NCBI GenBank assembly: GCA_040386535.1
Contig: JAZKFH010000038.1
Span: forward strand, 1-59,090
Reading direction: 5' to 3'
Length of the DNA stretch: 59,090 bases
DNA from: Myxococcota bacterium
Lineage (GTDB): Bacteria; Myxococcota_A; UBA796; SXON01
Part shown: positions 37,830-46,777 of the stretch, one piece after another
How the letters are laid out: each line of letters begins with the position of its first letter
Numbering within the stretch: position 1 is the stretch's first letter
Notes under the pieces: model-generated
What the model was told of the DNA's origin: nothing
The model's database searches: none
Seen by the model: only the letters and a program-made list of their open reading frames with translations
Position numbers and translations under genes: made by a program

Positions 37830-39221
37830 TCACCCCGGGCTGAACACGAAGGGGTAGGTCACGTAGACGATGCCGCCGCCCTTCGGCTCGGCGAACTCGA
37901 ACGTACGCAACGCGTCCGTCAGGCACGTGTGGAACGGGGCATCGTCGATGTCGCTCTCCTTCACGATCGCGCGCGACACGGTGCCGTCGCGGCCGATCGC
38001 GAACTTCATCGTGGCCCTGGCGCGGCGCTCGGGGAAACGCTCCAGGAGCTCCGAGTAGCAGGCGCTCACCTGGTCCATGTTCTCCTTCATGACGCCGTCG
38101 ATCAGCGCCTTGTCGAGCGAGCCCAGCACCAGGGGCTCGCCGCCTTCGGGGGAGTCCTCCCCGACGCGGGCGAACAGGGGCGAGAGGACGCCTTCGCGCA
38201 CGGGCTCGGGCAGATTCAGACGCCCGTCCCAGGTCTGGACGGGGCGCCCGAACAACCTGTCGGCGAACGGCGCGTTGCGGGGGCGGGCGCCGAGGTGCAG
38301 CCGGCGGGTGCCCGTGCGCAGCACGAGATCGCAGACGGACGCGTCGCAGTGGGCGTCGTAGCCGGCCACCACGGCGCGACGCACGAGATCCACGGAGCCA
38401 TCCGCGGCACGGAGGTCCGTGTCACCGTTGGGATGGAAGCGAACGGAGGCGAATTGCTCCACCGGGCCCTCCGGTGGGGTGGGGATGGATTTTGCGTCCG
38501 GACGCGTCGGCATCGCGGGGCCGCCGGAGAGCAGGGTGCGGGTGTAGCCCTTGCCCCGCGTGCGATCGAGGGTGGCGATCATGTCCGCGTAGGCCACCCC
38601 GTCGTCCGTGTTGATGATGACGAAGCGGGCGGACGGATGGAGGCGGCGATCCTCGTCGAGCAGGGCGGAGAGCGCCGCCAGATCCAAACGTCCGTCCTCG
38701 CGGGGCACGATCACGAGGCCCTCCTCCCCGCGGAGGAAGACGAGTTGATCCGCGACGAGGTGGATGATGAGCTGTGGGAGGGGAGGCGCGCGGTCGGGCT
38801 CCACGAGCGGATCGCCGAACGCAAAGGTCTGAGTCACGCGGAGCGCGCGGGGGGCGGCGCCGTCGGGGGAGACGAGGAACCCGACGTCGTTGAGCCCGGA
38901 CTTGCGCACGTTGTCGAGCACGATGCGTACCGCCCGGAAGTCGGCGCCACGATCACCCGCCACCAGCACCAGCCCCGTGGGCTCGGCGGCGCGGTACGCC
39001 TGCAGTGGCGCCAGCAGGGCCGGGATGACGAGGCCACTGCCGACGGACATCGTCTTGCCGGCGTGTTCAATCGCGTTGTCGGCGGTGACCGTGACGCGGG
39101 TGTACGGCTCGGTGACATCAACGGCGTTCTCGGCCTCGGGGAGGGCGAGGGGCGCGGCGAGCGCCGGCGAAAGGCTCCCGGCGAGCACGGCGGCGGGCAG
39201 GATCCAGGCGAGAGAGCGCAT
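37830..39221 (-). CDS. Secreted fusion of two ExbD/TolR-like domains and an AgmX/PglI (TonB-C-like) domain
   Basis: VAGDRGADFRAVRIVLDNVRKSG; IINTDDGVAYADMIATLD; C-terminal ACY...KFAIG.DG.V...C.....FAEPKGGG.V.VTYPF. Confidence 0.75.
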   Translation of the reverse strand: MRSLAWILPAAVLAGSLSPALAAPLALPEAENAVDVTEPYTRVTVTADNAIEHAGKTMSVGSGLVIPALLAPLQAYRAAEPTGLVLVAGDRGADFRAVRIVLDNVRKSGLNDVGFLVSPDGAAPRALRVTQTFAFGDPLVEPDRAPPLPQLIIHLVADQLVFLRGEEGLVIVPREDGRLDLAALSALLDEDRRLHPSARFVIINTDDGVAYADMIATLDRTRGKGYTRTLLSGGPAMPTRPDAKSIPTPPEGPVEQFASVRFHPNGDTDLRAADGSVDLVRRAVVAGYDAHCDASVCDLVLRTGTRRLHLGARPRNAPFADRLFGRPVQTWDGRLNLPEPVREGVLSPLFARVGEDSPEGGEPLVLGSLDKALIDGVMKENMDQVSACYSELLERFPERRARATMKFAIGRDGTVSRAIVKESDIDDAPFHTCLTDALRTFEFAEPKGGGIVYVTYPFVFSPG

Positions 39222-39281
39222 GCACGCCTTCTACCTCCGCGCCCCGTAGCGGACCCGCCCCCGCCCCAGCTACACAGGCCC

Positions 39282-40100
39282 ATGCGCCTCCTCGTCGTCC
39301 TCGCCTCGCTCCTCGCCTTCTCCCTCGCGTGCGCCGGCCCCGCCGCGGACAAGGCCGATCCCGACGACACCGAACGCCCCGAAGCGGACGCGGACACGGA
39401 CGCCGACAGTGACGCGGACTCCGACGCCGACAGTGACGCGGACTCCGACGCCGACAGTGACGCGGACTCCGATGCTGACACAGACGCCGACACCGACGCC
39501 GACGTGGCCCCGTGCGGCGCCTACACCTCGGCGTCCCTGGTGGGGTCGGAGGCGATCTACCGCTACAACGACGCGGCGGAGGAGGAGCTCGGCTACGCCG
39601 GCACCTACACCAACGTCACGGACGCCTACGACGCGCGTACCGGCGAGGTCGTGATGTCCTCGGAGACCACCTTGGCGGGGGCGAGCTACCGCTCCTACAC
39701 CAGCGCGACGACGGGCGTGTACCGCTGCGATGCCGACGGCTTGTGGCTGGAGTCCTACTTCCTCGAGTGGGACTACGAGACGTCGGACGGGTACGTCGGC
39801 ACGGGCTGGACGGACGTGGTGTACGACGCGTGGCTCGTCGTGCCGGCCGATCCGCGGGTGGGGGACACCTGGCGCGCGCGCGGGACCGCCACCTACGACG
39901 GCCCGTCGGGGCCCGGCTCCTACGACTACGAGTACGACTACGAGGTGCTCGACGCCGAGTCTCGCCGCGTCTCGGCGGGCACCTTCGACACCTTGCGGAT
40001 CTCCCAGACCACGTCGGGGGTGTCGAGCGAGTATTGGATCGCGCACGACGTCGGCACGGTCGAGTCGGAGTGGGCCGAGCTGGACCGGTGGACGCCGTAG
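39282..40100 (+). CDS. Hypothetical lipoprotein with DADS repeats (paralog of 1676-2488)
   Basis: SLAC lipobox, DADS repeats, YRCDADGL, VSAGTFD...YWIA..VG. Confidence 0.8.
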   Translation: MRLLVVLASLLAFSLACAGPAADKADPDDTERPEADADTDADSDADSDADSDADSDADSDADSDADTDADTDADVAPCGAYTSASLVGSEAIYRYNDAAEEELGYAGTYTNVTDAYDARTGEVVMSSETTLAGASYRSYTSATTGVYRCDADGLWLESYFLEWDYETSDGYVGTGWTDVVYDAWLVVPADPRVGDTWRARGTATYDGPSGPGSYDYEYDYEVLDAESRRVSAGTFDTLRISQTTSGVSSEYWIAHDVGTVESEWAELDRWTP

Positions 40101-40105
40101 GGGAT

Positions 40106-41164
40106 TCAGCCCAGCGGTTCGAGCTCCTTCTCGACCGCCTCCACCTTCGCCTCGGCCTCCGCCTCGTCGCCATGCGCGGGCGCGGGGCGCTCCTGCCTTC
40201 CTGGGGCGTCCGGCTCGAGCGCGAGCTCCACGAGCACGGGGAAGTGGTCCGATCCACCGGCCGGCAGGCGCGTGAGCGTCACGAGCGTGAAGCGGGCCGA
40301 CGCGAAGACGTGGTCGAGCGGGAAGCGGACGAGCGGCCGCCGGGCGTCGAAGGTGTGGAAGAAGCCGCGGCCGCGGCGCGGGTCGAGGAGGCCCGAGAGG
40401 CGCAGGAAGAGGCGGGTGGTGTGTGACCACGCCACGTCGTTCAGATCGCCGGCGACGATGGTGGGAAAACACTCGAGCCGCGCGGCGCGACCGACCACCA
40501 CGAGCTCGGCGTCGCGACGGGCGGTGTCGGTGGACTCGGCGGGCACGGGCGGGCGCGGGTGGAGCCCGTGGAAGGCCACACGTTGGCCCGACGGGAGCAG
40601 GATCGTCGCGTGCACCGAGGGCACGGTGGGGTCGATCAGGTGCTCGACATGGGCGTCTTCGAGCGGCAGGCGCGACCAGAAGCCCATGCCGTAGCCGTTC
40701 TCGCGCGGCTCGAGCACGTGGTGCGGAAAGGCGTCGGCGAGCGGGGCGAGGGCGGCCATCCAGGCGCGGTTGGTCTCGACGGCGAGCACCAGGTCGGGGT
40801 TCTCGCGGGCCACCAGGGCGAGGAACGAGGCGTAGTCACGGTTCGTGTCGAGCACGTTCGCCACGAGGAGGCGCACCGTGGCGCCCTCGGGCGGGCGGCG
40901 GGCGCGCACCATCTGGCAGGGCCAGAGCGGCGTGTACGGCACGACCCGGAAGAGCTGGCCGCCGATCGCGGCCGCGGTGGCGAGCAGGAGCGCACGGTCG
41001 ATCCACCCCGACGGCGCCGCGATCACGCCGGCGCCGAGGGCCACGAGCGCGAGGGCCGTGACCTGGAGCCGGGGGTAGTCGAACATGCGCACCCACCACG
41101 CGGTGGCGCGCACCACGGGCAGGACCGTGGCCAGCACCGCGAGGGGTGCGAGGATGCGGAACAC
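40106..41164 (-). CDS. Endonuclease/exonuclease/phosphatase family (YafD-like, membrane-anchored)
   Basis: ANV, LAVE, AGDLND, PLDH and GSDH motifs. Confidence 0.9.
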   Translation of the reverse strand: MFRILAPLAVLATVLPVVRATAWWVRMFDYPRLQVTALALVALGAGVIAAPSGWIDRALLLATAAAIGGQLFRVVPYTPLWPCQMVRARRPPEGATVRLLVANVLDTNRDYASFLALVARENPDLVLAVETNRAWMAALAPLADAFPHHVLEPRENGYGMGFWSRLPLEDAHVEHLIDPTVPSVHATILLPSGQRVAFHGLHPRPPVPAESTDTARRDAELVVVGRAARLECFPTIVAGDLNDVAWSHTTRLFLRLSGLLDPRRGRGFFHTFDARRPLVRFPLDHVFASARFTLVTLTRLPAGGSDHFPVLVELALEPDAPGRQERPAPAHGDEAEAEAKVEAVEKELEPLG

Positions 41165-41245
41165 GACGAGCGCGGCGTCCAGGGGCGGCCTCCCTGGAGA
41201 GAACCCCGGGCGGAGGCTCGTTGTGCCCCCGGACCCCGCGTGGAG

Positions 41246-42508
41246 CTACCGGGCGCCGATGCGCCGGGCTCGCCGCCGCACGAGGCCAAGGGGCAGGAGC
41301 AGCAGCGCGGAGGCCGCCCCCCCGCCGCAGCCGGTGTCCTCGGCCGGAGCGGCCTCCGCCGCCTCGGGCTCGGGGGCAAAGCAGGCGTCCAGCCCGTCGC
41401 AGTCCTGGTCCACGCGGTCACATGGGATCTCGACCGCGGTGGACGAGCGCGCCGGGTCGGCGTCGTCACAGTCCACGTCGCAGTCGTCTCCGTCGTCGTC
41501 CGCGTCGCGGTCGTCGGCGCCGTCGCAGTCCTGGTCGATCCCGTCGCACACCACGTCCTCGGCGCCGGGGTACCGGCTCGCGTCGGCGTCGTCGCAGTCG
41601 TCGCCGCCGTACACGATTGCGTCGGCGCCGTCGCCATCGAAGTCGTACTCGGTCACGCCGTCGCAGTTGCTGTCGACGCCGTCGTAGGGGTCCTCGGCGC
41701 AGGGGTTGATCGCGGGATCGGCGTCGTTGCAGTCGCCATGTTCGGCGGGCCAGCGGTCCCCGTCGGCGTCGGTGCCGAGGAGGGACCAGGTGGTCTCGTC
41801 GGGTACACCGACGAACAGGTCGTCGATGTACGCGGCCGCCTGATCGCTCCCGCACTCGCCGTAGCGCCCGGTCACGAACACGACCTTGTACGTGTGATCG
41901 CGCATGCGGACCGTGTGGGTGCGGGCGAAGGTGTTCACCTCCGACAGGATGGTCCAGGCGCAGGTCCCGTCGTCCCACGAGGAGCCGTCCTCGAAGGAGT
42001 AGTAGGAGCTGTCGGAGCTGGACCGCGCGGTCGTGGTGAAGCCCCCGTCGACCGGCCAGTCGGGGCGTAGCTCCCCGACCCAGCTCGTGGTGCCCGTGCT
42101 GTTTCCCCCGCCCGACGAGCTGGTACTGCTGCCGCCGCGCTCCTCGATCGTGACGGTGAGCGCGCTCCAGCCCAGGCCCGCGGAGATCGGCGGGACCACG
42201 GAGATCGTGTCGATCGTCGTCTCCGTGTAGTCGTTCGTATCGCGGTAGTCCACCGCGTACTCGGCGTGGTAGTCGAGCACCGCCCCCGCCGCGGTGACGC
42301 ACGCCGTGGCCTCGCAGAGCTCGTAGGCGGTGTCGCTCGTGCAGGTGACACACGCCGCGTCGTACCAGGCGTACGCGGCGTCCCACGCGTCGTCGACCGG
42401 GCCCGACGCGGTGGCCTTGTCCCACGCCACCACATGCTCGGGCAGCGTGGCCGTGTCGGTGCACTGGAAGCTCATGTCCGCCGCCGAAGCGACCGCGATC
42501 CACCACAT
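41246..42508 (-). CDS. Surface protein with putative metal-binding (MopE-like) repeats and a MYXO-CTERM-like tail
   Basis: DC.D.D....P.A.D..CDG.D.DCDG repeats; C-terminal GCGGG-hydrophobic-RRR. Confidence 0.8.
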   Translation of the reverse strand: MWWIAVASAADMSFQCTDTATLPEHVVAWDKATASGPVDDAWDAAYAWYDAACVTCTSDTAYELCEATACVTAAGAVLDYHAEYAVDYRDTNDYTETTIDTISVVPPISAGLGWSALTVTIEERGGSSTSSSGGGNSTGTTSWVGELRPDWPVDGGFTTTARSSSDSSYYSFEDGSSWDDGTCAWTILSEVNTFARTHTVRMRDHTYKVVFVTGRYGECGSDQAAAYIDDLFVGVPDETTWSLLGTDADGDRWPAEHGDCNDADPAINPCAEDPYDGVDSNCDGVTEYDFDGDGADAIVYGGDDCDDADASRYPGAEDVVCDGIDQDCDGADDRDADDDGDDCDVDCDDADPARSSTAVEIPCDRVDQDCDGLDACFAPEPEAAEAAPAEDTGCGGGAASALLLLPLGLVRRRARRIGAR

Positions 42509-42639
42509 GGAAACTCCCGGGTGGGCTTCTCTACCCGAGACGCGCTCCGGACGTGGTCAGGAGATGGTTCGGCGCCGCGTGCCTTCGGGGCGCGTCTCTC
42601 GGGCACGTCCCCCGCGCGGCGTACGGGGCTGCGCTTGGG

Positions 42640-42876
42640 TCAGTCGTCCTTCTTGGCGTCGTCCGTCGCCGCGGCGGGCGGCTTGTAGCTGTTGTGGAAT
42701 TCCACGAGGATGCACTCGGGATCCCACCGCGTGCCGTCGGGGCGGGAGAGGCAGTCGAAGACCTCGCCCTCATCGGACACGACGAGGTAGTGGCCGTCCG
42801 ACGCGTCGCCGTAGAGCGTGGTGATGCCGGTGATCTTGGGCGCGCAAGCAAGCGAGAGGAGAAGCGGGAGCAGCAT
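42640..42876 (-). CDS. Small lipoprotein
   Basis: MLLPLLLSLAC start with TACCCT 7 nt upstream; paired Cys. Confidence 0.7.
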   Translation of the reverse strand: MLLPLLLSLACAPKITGITTLYGDASDGHYLVVSDEGEVFDCLSRPDGTRWDPECILVEFHNSYKPPAAATDDAKKDD

Positions 42877-42930
42877 CCGGCGGAGGGTACATCACGACGC
42901 CCTCACGGGGAAGGCCGCGTGGCCCCCCCG

Positions 42931-43086
42931 CGCAAGGGGGGCTGGAGGGTGGCGCGGGCATCCCCGAGCCCTACGATCACGTGAGGGTCGAGGCCCGCGC
43001 CAGTCGGCCGGCACACGGCCGGCGGACGGAGGCCCCATGGGCCGACCCCGGAAGAGACCCGGCCCGCGTCCGCGCGGGCTGCGCCC
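42931..43086 (-). repeat. Dispersed structured element, copy F
   Basis: Aligns with copy E (ggggggctggaggg.ggcgcgggc...ggcccgcgcc.gtcgg...acggagg...gaccccg.aag.gacccg); 18 bp from the stop at 43105. Confidence 0.75.
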
Positions 43087-43104
43087 GACCTACCCGAGCC
43101 CGAT

Positions 43105-43899
43105 CTACCCGAGCACGTGCAGCCCGCCCCAGACGCCCGCGAACAGGCCGATCAGCAGCAGCAGGCCGACGAGGTAGCCGCGGAATTCGAGCCAGATGCC
43201 CTCGGGCTGCGGGTTGCGCTCGGGGGTGAACGCGCCGGGGACGGCCGCCTCGTCCGACCACCAGCGCCGGAGCCCGTCGGGGCGGGGGATCAGCATCGGC
43301 ACGCGCGTACGGTAGGCGGCGTAGCGGGCGCCGAACCGGGCGTCGCAGAAGCGCTCCTGGAGGTAGCGGTTGGTCACCACCGAGTACACCACGAGCACCG
43401 GCACGAAGCCGACGAGGAACACGGTCGACCGCCACAAGAGGCCGAGCCCGATGACGCCGAGGAGCTTGCCGAGCACGGAGGGGTGGCGCACGAGCGTGTA
43501 GGGCCCGGTGTCGACCATGGCGGTGGGCCCGCCGTCGACGTGGGTGCCGGGCGAGCCGCCGCCCGCCAGGAACAGGTAGCCGTACACGTACCAGACCCAG
43601 AAGCCGCCCAGGCCGATGAGCGCGGCGCCCAGGGCCCCGACGGCGGGCCACGGGCCGAGGGGGGCGAGGCCGAGCTCGCCGTCCACGCGGGTGCCGAGAA
43701 AACACATCACCATCGCGGCGGGGAACATCACGAACAGGTGGATCGCGAAGTTGCGGTACAGCTCGGGCGCGCGGATCGCGTTCAGGCACGCCGCGAAGCT
43801 CGGGCGGCGGACGAGCGCGGGTGCGCCCGCCAGAGGGGTCATCGACGGGGGGGCCATCGACGGGTGGTCGATCGGCGTGAGGTCCATCGGCGGGTGCAT
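43105..43899 (-). CDS. ICMT/PEMT-family membrane methyltransferase
   Basis: GGGSP, TGPY.LVRHP, E...RFG..Y..Y...VP motifs. Confidence 0.85.
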   Translation of the reverse strand: MHPPMDLTPIDHPSMAPPSMTPLAGAPALVRRPSFAACLNAIRAPELYRNFAIHLFVMFPAAMVMCFLGTRVDGELGLAPLGPWPAVGALGAALIGLGGFWVWYVYGYLFLAGGGSPGTHVDGGPTAMVDTGPYTLVRHPSVLGKLLGVIGLGLLWRSTVFLVGFVPVLVVYSVVTNRYLQERFCDARFGARYAAYRTRVPMLIPRPDGLRRWWSDEAAVPGAFTPERNPQPEGIWLEFRGYLVGLLLLIGLFAGVWGGLHVLG

Positions 43900-43906
43900 A
43901 TCGTGC

Positions 43907-45976
43907 TCAGCCGCGATGGGGGTGGCCGTAGGGGCGCACCACGGGCGGTCGCAACGCGCGGTAGGCCGAGGGCCGGTCGGCGGGCTCGTTCCAGGAGAAG
44001 CGGACGTGCACCAGGTCATCCTCGCGCGCGAACACGCCGTCGGCCCAGGCCGCCCACGAAGAACCCGGCTTGGCGGCGGTAGGATCGGGATCGTCCCCAC
44101 CCGCGGCGCGGCGCACGAGCGCCGAGGGCTCCGCGGGGTCCAGGCGCGCCGGGTACACGGAGATGGCGGCAGCGCGGGTACGTTCGTCGGGGTCGGTCAC
44201 CCGCGTGGCGAGGGCGTCCGAGGGGCCGAGCGTCGCGAGCGCCTCGGTGGCGCGCAGGCGCACCTCGGCGTCGGGATCGGCGAGCAACGGCGCGAGGACC
44301 GCCACGGTGCCGACGCCCGCGCGTCGCAGCGCTTCGAGCGCCGTGACCTGCACGTCGGGATCGGGGTCCGCGAGCAGCGGGATCGCGCCCACGGCGGTCG
44401 CGGCGCTCCACCCCATCGCCTCGGCGGCGCTCTTGCGCACCTCGCTGTCGCGGTCGGCGGCGAGGCGCGGCAGCCATGTCGCCGCGTTCGCCCGCCCCGC
44501 CAGGAACTTGCACGCGTCCTTGCGCACCGTCGCGTCCGCGCTCTGCACCCACGCCTCGATCTGCGCGTCGTCGTGCGGCTTCTGGGGCGGCGTGAACGGC
44601 GGCGCGGGTGTGGGCTCGCCCATCGCGGTCAGCGCGCGCGCGGCGGCCTGGGCGGCGAGGGTCGTGGGATCCTTCGCGGCCAGGCGTAGGGCCTCCCGGG
44701 CGCGCGGGTCCCCGATCTCGCCCAGCGCGGTGGCGGCCCAGCGGCGCACGAAGCTGTTGTCGTCGCGCAAGGCGGCGAGCAGGGCATCCACGGCGCCGGG
44801 ATCGCGCAGCCGGCCGAGGCTCCGCGCGGCCTCGCGGCGCACGTCGATGTCGCGGTCGCGGAGGAGCGGCACGAGCGCGTCCGCGGTGCCCGGCACGTGC
44901 CCGAGGCCCCACGCGGCCTTCCACCGCTGGTACGCGTCCGGCGACGCCACGGCGCGACGCAAGGGCGCTTCGACCTCGGCGGGGCGCGTGGCCGCGAGGT
45001 GCCCGAGCCGCGCGGTCGCGACGAGCCGCACCACGCTCGACGGGTCGGACGCAAGGGCGTCGAGCCGCGCGACATCGTCGAGGCCGTCGGCAGCGCGGGC
45101 GCGCACGAGCGGGTCGGGATCGGCGGCGAGGCGGGCGCGCACGGCGGGGTCGGGGGTGGTCTCGGCCACGGCGAGGCGGACGGCGACGACGGGGTCTGCT
45201 TGGGGCGGGGCTGCTTGGGGCGGGGATTCTTGGGGCGGGAATTCTTGGGGCGGGGCGTCGCCCCGCAACGCCCCACCAGGAGGGGCGCCGCCCCCCCTGG
45301 ACCCCCGGGCCCACGCGCGCACGGCCTCGGCGCGGGTGCGCGGATCCGCGGCCGCGATCAGGGCGGGATCGTAGGGGCCCAGCATGGCGTCGAGCCCCGG
45401 CGGATACGTCCCGGCCGTCGCGACGTAGGGGAGGTCATAGTGGTCGGCGATCACATTGGCGGCGAGCTGCGCCGCGAGCGCGGGATCGAGGGGCGCGTCG
45501 GTCCACGGGCGTGCGGAGAGCGCCGGGTCGACGATCGCGACGCCGGCCCACGGGAGTTGGGTTGCCGCTTCCGCCGCCCACGCGGGATCGCCGGGGGCGA
45601 GGACGGCCACGAGCTCGCCCTGCGAGCCGGGCGTGGCCTGGAGCGCGCGGACGGTCGCGGCGAGGTCCGCGCCCGCGGCGATCCAGACGACCGCGACCTC
45701 GCCGGCGCGGGTGCGCGGGCGCCCGCCGGTGCCTTCGGTGACCCGGACGCCGAGGGCCGCGGCGAGCGCGGCGTCGCCGGCCGACGCGGCCCCGGGACGG
45801 CCCGCGTGGACCGTGACCGTCCACGCCCCTTCCCACGGCGCCGCGTGCATCGGGGCCGCACGCGCGGCCTGTGCGGCGGCGCCGTTCGCGGGCGTGCCGT
45901 TCGCGTGGCTCTGGCCGCCGGACGGGGCAGGGGGCGCGTCGGGAGTGCAGGCGACGACCAGCCAGGCGAGGAGCAT
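43907..45976 (-). CDS. HEAT-repeat lipoprotein
   Basis: MLLAWLVVAC start; many D.D..VR..AA..L repeats. Confidence 0.8.
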   Translation of the reverse strand: MLLAWLVVACTPDAPPAPSGGQSHANGTPANGAAAQAARAAPMHAAPWEGAWTVTVHAGRPGAASAGDAALAAALGVRVTEGTGGRPRTRAGEVAVVWIAAGADLAATVRALQATPGSQGELVAVLAPGDPAWAAEAATQLPWAGVAIVDPALSARPWTDAPLDPALAAQLAANVIADHYDLPYVATAGTYPPGLDAMLGPYDPALIAAADPRTRAEAVRAWARGSRGGGAPPGGALRGDAPPQEFPPQESPPQAAPPQADPVVAVRLAVAETTPDPAVRARLAADPDPLVRARAADGLDDVARLDALASDPSSVVRLVATARLGHLAATRPAEVEAPLRRAVASPDAYQRWKAAWGLGHVPGTADALVPLLRDRDIDVRREAARSLGRLRDPGAVDALLAALRDDNSFVRRWAATALGEIGDPRAREALRLAAKDPTTLAAQAAARALTAMGEPTPAPPFTPPQKPHDDAQIEAWVQSADATVRKDACKFLAGRANAATWLPRLAADRDSEVRKSAAEAMGWSAATAVGAIPLLADPDPDVQVTALEALRRAGVGTVAVLAPLLADPDAEVRLRATEALATLGPSDALATRVTDPDERTRAAAISVYPARLDPAEPSALVRRAAGGDDPDPTAAKPGSSWAAWADGVFAREDDLVHVRFSWNEPADRPSAYRALRPPVVRPYGHPHRG

Positions 45977-46186
45977 GGGGCGTCGTAATCCGGGAGGGCT
46001 GGGGGGAGCACGGGGCAGGGAACGGGCGCGCGGCGGACATCGGGGCCGTGGAGCGCTGATCCGGCGTCGCGCCGTGTCACCCCACGTTGGCGTTGGAAAA
46101 CCTTCGAAGCGCTGTCGATCCCGACGGTCCCCGTTCGATGACCGGTCGGGGGCCAGCTCCGGCTCCCGACACCCGAAGGAAATGCC

Positions 46187-46639
46187 ATGGACGCCCTCCT
46201 CACCCAACCCGCCTTCCAGGCCTATGCCATCAGCGTCGCGATCCTCGCGTTCGCGCTCTACTCCCTGGGCTTCCTCACGGCGAAGACCCGCGCCGATCGC
46301 AAGGTCGTCGTGAACGTCGAAGACATGGGCATCAACGGTGGCGCCGCGCTGGCGGACACCGACCACCCTGACGTGCAGCGCATCAAGCGCGCCCACACCA
46401 ACCTGCTCGAGAGCGCCGTGCCCTTCTTCTGCGTGGGCTTCCTCTACACGCTCACGACGCCGGACATCCGCGTGGCACGCGCCCTGTTCGCGGTGTTCGT
46501 CGCCGTCCGCCTGTTCCACGCCGTCTTCTACCTGACGGCGAAGCAGCCCTTTCGCACCGCGTCGTTCGTGGTGGGCACGCTTGTCAGCCTGTCGATGCTC
46601 GTCCAGGTGGTGTGGACCGTCGTGCCTCTGATGCGGTAG
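46187..46639 (+). CDS. MAPEG-family membrane protein
   Basis: V.R..RAH.N..E...F and R..H motifs; AAGGA RBS. Confidence 0.9.
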   Translation: MDALLTQPAFQAYAISVAILAFALYSLGFLTAKTRADRKVVVNVEDMGINGGAALADTDHPDVQRIKRAHTNLLESAVPFFCVGFLYTLTTPDIRVARALFAVFVAVRLFHAVFYLTAKQPFRTASFVVGTLVSLSMLVQVVWTVVPLMR

Positions 46640-46777
46640 AGCCGCTGGGGTCGTTCCCCAAGCGAACGCTGAGGCGCGGCGGTCGGCGCCGCGGGGGAGC
46701 CGATCATCCCGCCAGCGTCGCCGGCGCCGAGGCACCGCCGCGGGCGCCGGTCGCCCAAGGCCCCCTCGACGGAAGCG

